Below, in pieces: positions 1-9,200 of a DNA stretch of 32,000 bases (within the stretch, counting starts at the first letter, position 1; each line of letters begins with the position of its first letter). The position numbers and the translations under genes are program-made. The stretch is from an uncultured archaeon (GTDB taxonomy: Archaea; Asgardarchaeota; Jordiarchaeia; Jordiarchaeales; Jordiarchaeaceae). The stretch covers positions 1-32,000 of the forward strand of contig CAZECW010000157.1 of assembly GCA_964510585.1 (NCBI GenBank), written 5' to 3'. The notes below the pieces were generated by a model that worked only from the letters and a program-made list of their open reading frames with translations, ran no database searches and was not told the DNA's origin.

Positions 1-75
1 CTTAATCTCTTTGAATCGGGGGAGGTGGCGGAGGTTTTCAAGGTTTGTGCCTTCAAAAACTTCTTCGACTGACAT
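1..75 (-). CDS. 5' end of a gene running off the window (MSVEEVFEGTNLENLRHLPRFKEIK...), product unknown
   Basis: ATG at 75 preceded by GAGGGT (SD-like). Frame is open to base 1. Divergent from the PhoU-family gene. Confidence 0.45.
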   Translation of the reverse strand, partial: MSVEEVFEGTNLENLRHLPRFKEIK

Positions 76-250
76 ACCCTCATTTAGACGAAAAGGGGTT
101 AGTTAACTTAACTCCCAAAAACATAATTATTACATTGTGCCTTATATGCATAAGTATATAAATACTATCTAAGCGAAAAATTACAGCAAGTTACATTAAT
201 ATGTATGAGCGTGTAGCAGTTAACACACCATAATTAAGGATAGTAGTTTT

Positions 251-1309
251 ATGCAAAAGGATGAAAAGGACGAAAATTTGGAGTTCCGCAAAATACAAAC
301 CTTGGGAAAATCGTCATATGTTATCTCGTTACCCAAGGATTGGGTTGATAAGAATAAGATAAAAAGAGGGGATAAACTAGCAGTTTATAAAAGCCCTGAG
401 GGCACTCTTGAGATATCATATGTGAATCAGAAGGCTTCCCTTAGGGGCGTTATTCCCGAAGTTACAGAAATAGTGATTGATGATTTAAGTAAGGATGAGT
501 TGGAAGCTGTTATCATTGGAAACTATCTCATGGGTTATGATAATTTTAAATTGATTACTAGGAGAAACTATATTGATTCTACTCAGAGAAAGGTGATAAC
601 GAATACGCTGAACGCTTTATCCGGTTTGCAGATTGTTTCGGAGTCTCCTAAAGTAGTGGAGATAAAAAATCTTTTTGAGCAATCCAGCTTTAACGTGAAG
701 GAGGTTGCCAGAAGGCTTGGCCTACTTATTTCTCTTATGCTAAAAGATTTGGTTCAGGCTTTGAAAGAAAAAAATCTTGAAGCTCTTTCTGACATAATTG
801 CGCAGGATGAAGAAATTGATAGCTTGTATCTGTTGATGAGAAGACTTCTTATAATCGGCAGTAGAAATGTTGTTGCTGCCAAAAAAATTGGCATCGAGGA
901 TAACGCCCTCTGCGTCACTTGGAGTGTCATTTTTAAAAAAATTGAAAGTATCGCGGATCATGTGGTAAAGATATCTGAAACATTAAAGACAATTTTTTCA
1001 AGCGAAATCGAAATCCCTGAGGAGATTCGTCTATCATTCTTGAAGGTGGGAGAGGGTGTTGCTAAAATTTCTGAAAGGATATTCCTGTCTTACTTCGAAA
1101 AGGATGCCGAGGAAAAGCTGATAACAGTGGAGGAGATTAGGACATTTTCGAAACTGAAAAATGAGTTCACACAAAAAATAATCGAACAGGATATAGATAA
1201 GCGATTACTTGTTTTGTTAGAGAATATCTGTTTTAGATTCGAAGAAATAGCGAATTACTGTTTTGACTATGCAAGAGATCTTATACACTACAGGTTGTAT
1301 TTTCTTTAG
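251..1309 (+). CDS. phoU: Archaeal phosphate-uptake regulator (N-terminal AbrB/SpoVT domain plus PhoU helical domains)
   Basis: N-terminal RKIQTLGKSSYVISLPKDWV..KRGD is the AbrB-type signature. Two PhoU repeats follow (DEEIDSLY...ESIADH; EEIANY). Confidence 0.88.
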   Translation: MQKDEKDENLEFRKIQTLGKSSYVISLPKDWVDKNKIKRGDKLAVYKSPEGTLEISYVNQKASLRGVIPEVTEIVIDDLSKDELEAVIIGNYLMGYDNFKLITRRNYIDSTQRKVITNTLNALSGLQIVSESPKVVEIKNLFEQSSFNVKEVARRLGLLISLMLKDLVQALKEKNLEALSDIIAQDEEIDSLYLLMRRLLIIGSRNVVAAKKIGIEDNALCVTWSVIFKKIESIADHVVKISETLKTIFSSEIEIPEEIRLSFLKVGEGVAKISERIFLSYFEKDAEEKLITVEEIRTFSKLKNEFTQKIIEQDIDKRLLVLLENICFRFEEIANYCFDYARDLIHYRLYFL

Positions 1310-1325
1310 TATGAGAAACATTGAC

Positions 1326-1367
1326 ACCCTCTGCGACTAGAAGTCGGGGACCTTTTCGCCGACGGTT
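1326..1367. other. Short GC-rich hairpin CGACT-AGA-AGTCG(GGG), possibly a degraded IS200/IS605 subterminal hairpin or a terminator
   Basis: Inverted repeat just after the phoU stop in an otherwise AT-rich spacer. No transposase nearby. Confidence 0.25.
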
Positions 1368-1780
1368 TTATAATTATCATGTTTGAGGATATAAGGGCTC
1401 ATCCTAGTTTTGTAATTGAGATTGGGAATAATGTGTTTTGGACATAAGTAATTTTGTAAAAGTAATTAAAAGGTTTTTAAATAATATTTTTATATTTTTA
1501 TTTTAAAATTTTAAATTATAAATTTTTTATAGTAATAAAGTAATAATTATTTTAAAAAGCATTTTGGCATAAAAAAACTTGGTTAATACATTGTCATTCT
1601 CCGATTCATTGAATTTTTCGCATTAATTTATGTTATTTTATTCAAGAAAGATGTGGTTAACCCTCTTTTTATGGAAAGATTCCGCACCCAGCTAGTGGAA
1701 AAGCGCAAAAACGCTTCAAGCGAATGAGTAACAGGATTGCCAAAAAATGCATACAATGAATTTTGGATCCTCGTAAGGAG

Positions 1781-1800
1781 TGTTTCCTAATTAAGAAACA
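1781..1800. promoter_or_regulatory. 20-bp near-perfect palindrome TGTTTCCTAATTAAGAAACA, candidate operator
   Basis: Reverse complement differs at only one symmetric pair. Lies about 100 bp upstream of the mat start. Confidence 0.35.
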
Positions 1801-1899
1801 TAGGAATATGTTAAAAACGTTCATAAATACAAACCTTATATTTATTTATTTTAGGTGTTGTTGACTATTTTTCTCAGAGAGCCTTGGAGGCGGAAGTTT

Positions 1900-3105
1900 A
1901 TGAATATTATAGTAGATGAGTTGAAACAGGTACCTCTTTTTGAGCAGAGGATGGAGATATGTGAGCGTAAGGGTGTAGGCCACCCGGATACTATTTGTGA
2001 CTCTGTTATGAATGAGGTTTCCATAGCTCTTTCCAAGGTGTACATGGAGAAATTTGGAGCTATTATGCATCATAACGTGGACAAGAGTTTACTTGCTGCT
2101 GGTGAAACGGAAACCAAATTTGGTGGGGGGAGGATTAAGAAACCCATGCTTATGGTGTTTGGAGACAGAGCTACATTTGAAGTGGGTGGTGTTGAGATTC
2201 CTGTTATGGAGATTACAATTAACTCTGCTAAGAAATGGTTTAAAGAGAATATGAGATTCGTGGATCCTGAAAAACATTTAAAGTACCAGATTGAGCTTAA
2301 AAGGGGATCGCAGGCGCTAGTTGACATATTCGAGAGGAAGGGGAAGTATCTTGGTGCGAATGACACGTCAGCTGCGGTGGGGTTTGCACCAATGAGTACT
2401 ACTGAAAAGATAGTGTATGAAACTGAGAGATTTCTCAACTCTAAGGAGTTTAAAAGGTCCTTTCCCGAGACTGGGGAGGATATTAAAATTATGGGATTTA
2501 GGAAGGATAATAATCTTAAAATTATTGTGGCGATGGCCTTTGTAGATCGTTTCATTGATTCTGAGGAAGATTATTTTAGAAAGAAAGGGGAAGTTTTGGA
2601 AGAAGTTAAGCAGTTTGTTAACTCTAAGGTAGACATGTATGATGTTGATATAGTTATAAATGCTCTTGATGTAAGAGGCAGGGGGGTTAATGGGGTGTAC
2701 TTGACGGTTTTAGGGACTTCGGCTGATGGTGCGGATTGCGGTCAAGTGGGTAGGGGAAATAGGGTTAATGGAGTGATTCCGTTAAATAGGCCTACCTCTT
2801 CAGAGGCTGCTGCGGGGAAAAATCCTGTAAGTCATGTGGGTAAAATATACAATTTGTTGAGTTACAGAATAGCGAGTGAGATTCATAAAAAGGTTTTAGG
2901 ATTAAAGGAAGTCTACGTATGGCTTCTTAGCCAGATAGGGAAACCTATTAATGAGCCTATGATTGCCTCAGTTCAAGTCATTCTTGAACCAGGGTTGAGT
3001 TTAAGTGCTGTTTCTAGGGACATTGAGGAGGTAGTCAGGTCAGAATTTGATAATTTACATAAATTTGTGGAAGATTTAGCCTATGGTCGCATTTCTGTCT
3101 GCTGA
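1900..3105 (+). CDS. mat: Archaeal S-adenosylmethionine synthetase (methionine adenosyltransferase)
   Basis: Motifs ERKGxGHPDTICD, HHNVDK, GANDTS, GEDIKIMG, GQVGRGNRVNG, GKNPVSHVGKIYN. ATG at 1900 with GGAGG at 1886-1890 is preferred over the track start 1855. Confidence 0.96.
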   Translation: MNIIVDELKQVPLFEQRMEICERKGVGHPDTICDSVMNEVSIALSKVYMEKFGAIMHHNVDKSLLAAGETETKFGGGRIKKPMLMVFGDRATFEVGGVEIPVMEITINSAKKWFKENMRFVDPEKHLKYQIELKRGSQALVDIFERKGKYLGANDTSAAVGFAPMSTTEKIVYETERFLNSKEFKRSFPETGEDIKIMGFRKDNNLKIIVAMAFVDRFIDSEEDYFRKKGEVLEEVKQFVNSKVDMYDVDIVINALDVRGRGVNGVYLTVLGTSADGADCGQVGRGNRVNGVIPLNRPTSSEAAAGKNPVSHVGKIYNLLSYRIASEIHKKVLGLKEVYVWLLSQIGKPINEPMIASVQVILEPGLSLSAVSRDIEEVVRSEFDNLHKFVEDLAYGRISVC

Positions 3106-3207
3106 ATTCTTAGAATTTTTTGAGGGTTCCATCACGTCGCAAACCGTTAAAATTATTACCGTGTGGGGATAGTATTTTCTTTGGAAAGAGAGGGTTCACT
3201 TTAATTA

Positions 3208-6200
3208 ATGATTCATTTATATGAAGGGTTTTTAATGGGTAACACGTCCAGCGGGTACCCTAAGCCAGTAGAAGAAGCAGTGAAAACGTATAGGGAAGGG
3301 AAAATCAAAAAGGCAGTGGAAAAGCTTGAGCGTTTACTGGTAGACAAGGATAGTACAGTCAGGGCCAGCGCTGTCCAAGTTCTAGGCAAAATGGCTGAGG
3401 AAGGAGTATACGAGTCGAAAGTTTTGGAGACGCTAGTCAAGCTCCTTTACGATTCAGACTACACGGTGAAAAGGAACGCCGCCTCTACTATAGCAAGTTA
3501 CGCGGGGAGAGGTAAATTTGAAGGTAGGGCTGTTGAACCCCTAATTTCACTATTGGATGAAGAGGGAGAAATTAAATTATTTGCGGCTTTGGCAGTTGCT
3601 TACTATGCTGAGGTAGGTATGACAGATTTAAGAGCGGTAAAGTCCCTAATTAAACTTCTATTGGACGGCGAAACTAAAGTTAGGAGAAACGCCGCACTAG
3701 CAATATTACGGTATGCTGAGAAAAACTTGGTGGACAGAAATGCTATAGATCCTTTGATCAAACTTCTTGAGGATCAAGATGTTGAGGTAAAAATACATAC
3801 GATAAAAGCAATTGTTGAATATTTGGAACTGGGGATAGTGGATGAGAGAATCTTAAAGCCTATGGTTAGTTTAATGGGTTCCGAAAATGGTGAAATTCGC
3901 AGAAACGCGGTTTATGTTGTTACTAAATACGCCTCGAAAAACATTGTAGATGCTGACGCTTTGAATTTTATTATAAACCTATTAAGTGAAAACCAAGTTG
4001 AAACGAGGCGTATTGCCGCTGAGGGAATTGATAATTATTTAGAAAACGGCATTTTCTCTAGCGATGCACTCGAACCCCTTATTAGACTTCTTCAAGATGA
4101 AGACAATGAAACCCGCCTAATAGCCTCTCACATTGTAGCAGGCTATGCTGAAAAGGGTCTAGTCAAAGCAGAAGCTCTGAACCCCTTAACTTCACTTCTA
4201 GGTGATGAGAATGAAAAAATTAGGTTAAACGCCACTAAGGCAGTGGTCAGATATTTGGATAAGGGGCTAATTGAAGAAAGAGCCCTAGAGCCTCTTTCAC
4301 ACCTTCTTACAGATAGTAATGCCGAAATAAGAAAGGGAGCCTTAGAGGCGATTACTAAATATGCAAAATTGGGATTGGTGAATGAGGCCGCTCTCAATCC
4401 TGTTATTAAATTATTATTTGAGGGAGACGAAGAAATTTATCTTAACGCTTCAGAGGTTATGTTACATTATGCAAGGAATAATATTTTTGAGCCCTCCGCA
4501 GTGGATCAGTTAGTACTACTTCTTAGTAACCCCAATCAAAATATTCAGGCCAATGCAGCAATTACAATCGGGCTATATGCTCAGCAGGGAATGGTGAGTG
4601 ATGGGGCAATAGATCCCTTGGTCAACCTATTGGAAAGCAAAGAAAAAAATATCCGTTTGAATGCATTGATAGCCATCGGGCTGTACGCAAAAAACAAGCT
4701 ATTAAATGGAAAAGCTTTGAAGTTTACTATTAGTTTGCTTGAAGAACCTGATGTTGATATCCGCAGAGCTGCCTCAGCCACATTGGCGTACTACGCTGAA
4801 GGGGAAATGATGGAGGTTAGCGCTCTAAAACCCCTGATAGCTCTTCTTAGTGATGAGGATAATGCAACCCGTATTAACTCAGTAGTAGCGGTAGCGTCGT
4901 ATTCTGAGAAAGCTGTAGTTGATGAAGGAGCGCTTGTTCCTTTAATCAAACTTTTATCTGATGATGACAAAAGGATTGTTATAAATTCATTATCAGCGCT
5001 GGTACGCTACGCAGAAAGTAAGTTGGTACATAAAAATGCTTTAGACCAAATTGTGAAACTTTTGACAGATGAAGATGGAAATGTCAGAGCCAGAGCCTCA
5101 CTTGCCGTTGCTAGGTATGCGGAAAATGGAATTACCAGTGAAGTGGCTGTTGAACCACTAATTAAATTAATTGAGGATAAAAATGATGATGTCCGTGAAG
5201 CGGTCTCGGCAGCAATAGCGCGATATGTTGAAAAGGGGGTAATAGGAGAAAAGGCTCTGATTTCCGTAACTAAACTTACTAGTGATGATAATGTTAATAT
5301 TCGTAGAAATGCCGCCATTGCTATTGGGGAATTTGCGAGCAGAGACATTGCCGATGAAGGCCTAATTGGGCCCTTGATGAGTTTGTTAGAAGACGAGGAC
5401 AGCGTTACACGTACAAATGCGGTGTTCACAATTGCCAAGTATGCTGAAAAAGAGATAATTAAGGAAGAGGTATTAGGATATTTAGATAGAATTATTAGCG
5501 ATGAGAATGTACATGTCCGTGCAAACGCTGCCCTTGCGATAGGTTTGTACGCTAAAAGAGGGTTAGTGATTAAAAGCGCCCTTCCAAAATTAATCGAACT
5601 TTTAGATGATGAAGACGATAATGTACGAAGAAACGCTGTGCAAGCTGTTAGTCATTATGCAGCAAACAATGTTACAGACAATTCCGCTACAGAACATATT
5701 GTAAGGCTTTTACAAGACAAGAATACAGATATAAGACAGGGAGCTATTGATGCCCTCGGCCAATACTTGGAGAGGGGAATTATTTATGAAAGAGGACTAG
5801 AACAATTAATTAGTTTGCTCAACGACCCTGACAATTCTATTAGAATGAGCGCCGTAGCAGCAGTGGGATTGTATGCAGTAAAAAATTATGTAGACATAAG
5901 AGCCCTAAAGTCCCTGATTACACTCCTAGAAGATCAAAACTACGCTATACGTGCTGGAGCCGCTGGTATAATAGCCCAATACGCGGGGAAAAACCTAGTA
6001 AATGAGGAGGCCTTAAAACAGCTGGTCAAACTGCTTTCTGACAAGTCCAGTGATGTGAGAATGAGGGCTGTAGCAGCAATAGGACTCTACGCAGAGAAAA
6101 ACCTAGTCCATGAAGAGGCCATCGAATCTTTAATCAAACTGCTCTCGGACGAGAATAAAACGACCCGTACAACCGCGGCAATATCCCTAGTTTTATATGC

Positions 6201-9200
6201 AATAAACGGATTAGTTCACAGTTCTGCTCTACCGGCTCTAGTTAAAATATTGGGTGATGAGGATGCCAATGTTAGAGCAAACGGAGCTCTTGCCGTTGGA
6301 ATTTACGCGGAGAAAGGATTGTTAAACGAAACCGCAGTTAACCCCCTCACAAAACTGCTCAGTGATGAGAATATAGATGTTAGAACTAGGGCGGTTATTG
6401 GAACTATTAGATATGCGGAGAAAGGTCTGGTTTCCAATAAGGCGTTAGAACCCCTCTCCAAAATGCTTCTTGAAGAGAATATTGGTATAAGAAGAAACGC
6501 CTTAACCGCTATTATTTTGTACACTGTTAATGGACTATACTATAAAGACGCCTTGAAACCACTTACAAAACTCCTCAGTGACGAGGATGTTGATACAAAG
6601 TTGAGAGCTGTGACCGCACTAGATCGCTACTCAGAAAAGGGATTATTTAGCGAAGAAGCTTTGAAGTTCTTGCCACAACTTATTAGTAATGAAAATCCAG
6701 AAATTCGATTTAGAGCTTCTAGTATAATTGTTAGATACGCTGAGGGTGGACTCCTCGAAGAATCCGCATTGGAACCATTGATCAAGGGGCTGATGGATTA
6801 CAATGCAAATGTACGCGTAAACTCCGTACTTGCATTAGGATTGTACGCCCAAAAGGATTACCTTAAAAAAGAAGCGTTAGAACCACTTATAATTCTTCTC
6901 GATGACAAAAGTTTGGACATATGCATCAAATCTTTAGACGCTATAGGTACCTACGCTGAGAAAGAGCTCTTTGATGATAGGATATTTCTATATTTGACTA
7001 ATCTCCTCCGCGATGAAAATCCAGTTCTTCGTAGCAGAGTAGTTGATGTAATTAAATTATATGCAGAGAACAAACTGTTTGATAATAGGTTACTTGAGCC
7101 ATTAATAGCCCTGCTTGTGGTGGAAGATCCTAATCTCTTATCAAGGGTTCTAAAAGTATTTATGACCTATGCTGAAAATAATCTGGTTTATGAAGAGGCG
7201 CTAAAGCGCCTTATAGATTTATTGGGAAATAAAGATAGCAGTATACGTACAAATGCCGCAGCTATTATAGGACTCTACGCAATTAACGGGATTATTGATG
7301 AGAAAGCTCTAGAGCAATTATCAAGAAATCTTAGAGACGCTGACAAAGACGCTAGATTAAATTCTGCAACTACCATCTTAAGATATGCTGAAAAACATAT
7401 TTTTAGTGAAAAGGTAATCGACCCACTTATAAATCTACTCAGCGACGAATACGAGGATATACGTGTAATTTCCGCACAAGCTCTATCACTTTACGCAGAG
7501 AATAAAATGGTTAACAAGAAGGCGCTGAAGCCATTAGTGAAGCTCCTCGAGGAGGAGAACTTGGATATTCTCATTAATGCCTCCTCCGCTATTTCGCAGT
7601 ATGCTGAAAGAGGATTAATTCAAGAGGAGGCTTTAGAGTTTTTAATAAAATTGCTGGGAAAAGGAGACGATAAACTTTCTACAAAAGTCTCAGAAGCGAT
7701 TATACACTATGCCGAGAGAGGGAAATTTAACTCAGCCGCCCTAAAACCCTTGGTGAATCTGTTATCCGACAAAAACCCTAAGAATCGTTACAACGCAGCA
7801 GCCGCCTTAAATATCTATGCAGATGGGGATTTATTTATAACAGATTCTCTCGAACCTTTGACAGAACTACTCAAAGATGAAGACCCTGAAATGAGAAGAG
7901 TTTCTTCAGAGACCATCACAAAATACTCAAAAAAGGGTTTACTGTATGAAAAAGCTCTAAAGCTCTTATCAAACTTACTTAGTGACGAAATATTTGAGAT
8001 ACGTTATAACGCCGCCCAAGCGGTAAATGAATATGCAAAAAATGAAATTTTAAACGAGCAAATTTTGGAGTCAATAGTACCCCTCCTAGAAGATCAAGAC
8101 ATTTCTCTATGTAACATTGCGATCAAGACCATAATATACTATGCTGAGAAACAGATGCTTTCTGAAAAAGCATTAAAACCCCTGTCAAAACTACTAAGTA
8201 ACGAGAATGGGGAGATACGGGCAAACTCGGTTTATGCGATAGTAAAATATGCGGAAAACAAACTTTTTTACAAAGAAGCTATAGAACCCTTAATATCTCT
8301 ACTAGATGACGAAGATATTAACATTCGCATCAATTCCACAACCGCATTATGGATGTACGCAGAAAACCGCTTGGTTGATCCTAAAGCTCTCAATCCACTC
8401 ATTGCTCTGCTAGAAGATCAAGATGCGGCAATCAGAAGAAACGCAGTAATAACCTTGTTAAAATATGCGGAAAACAATTTAATTGACGAGGGGGCTTTAG
8501 AGAAGGTGATTAAGCTTCTTGCCGACCCCCATACAGAGATCAGGGACAATTCAGCAATAGTTATATCCCTATACGCTAAGAGCGGCATCCTTAACGCCAA
8601 GGCCTTAAATCCATTAATCACTTTGCTTAGTGATGATGACAGCTTTGTTCGAGGAAACGCGGCGAATGCGATTTCTAACTATGCTGAGAAGGGAATTGTT
8701 GATATCAAGGCAATTGAACCACTAATTAAATTACTGTCAGATGAAAACTTGTACACTCGTGGAAACGCGGCCGCGGCAATAGCCAAGTATGCTGATAACG
8801 CACTCCTAAACAGGAAGGCCTTAGACCCCCTCAATAAATTACTCGTCGATGAAAATGACGATGTCAGAATGAGAGCGGTGGATGCTGTTGCCCGTTATTC
8901 AGAGATAGGCTTGGTTGATGAAGCTGCTTTAGAAAATTTAGTAAAATTACTTGATGAAGAAAGATCGGATATTAAAGTGAGGGCTGCCGCCGCAGTAGGA
9001 TTCTATGCAGAGAAAGGATTAATCTGCGAAGGAGCGTTGGAACCTCTAGTTAGGATGCTTAAGGAGAAAGACACTGATCTTTTATGGACGGCAACCTTCG
9101 CTATTGGAAGACACGCTGTGAAGGGTGTTGTCTCTAGCGAGGCCATACCTCCTTTAATCGAATTACTTGGTAGCGATAATAATGCGATAAGAAAAAACGC

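Noticed and set aside
88-100. ACGAAAAGGGGTT repeated at 23123-23135
   Set aside because: Several 13-mer matches are expected by chance in 32 kb of AT-rich DNA, and the spacing to starts differs.
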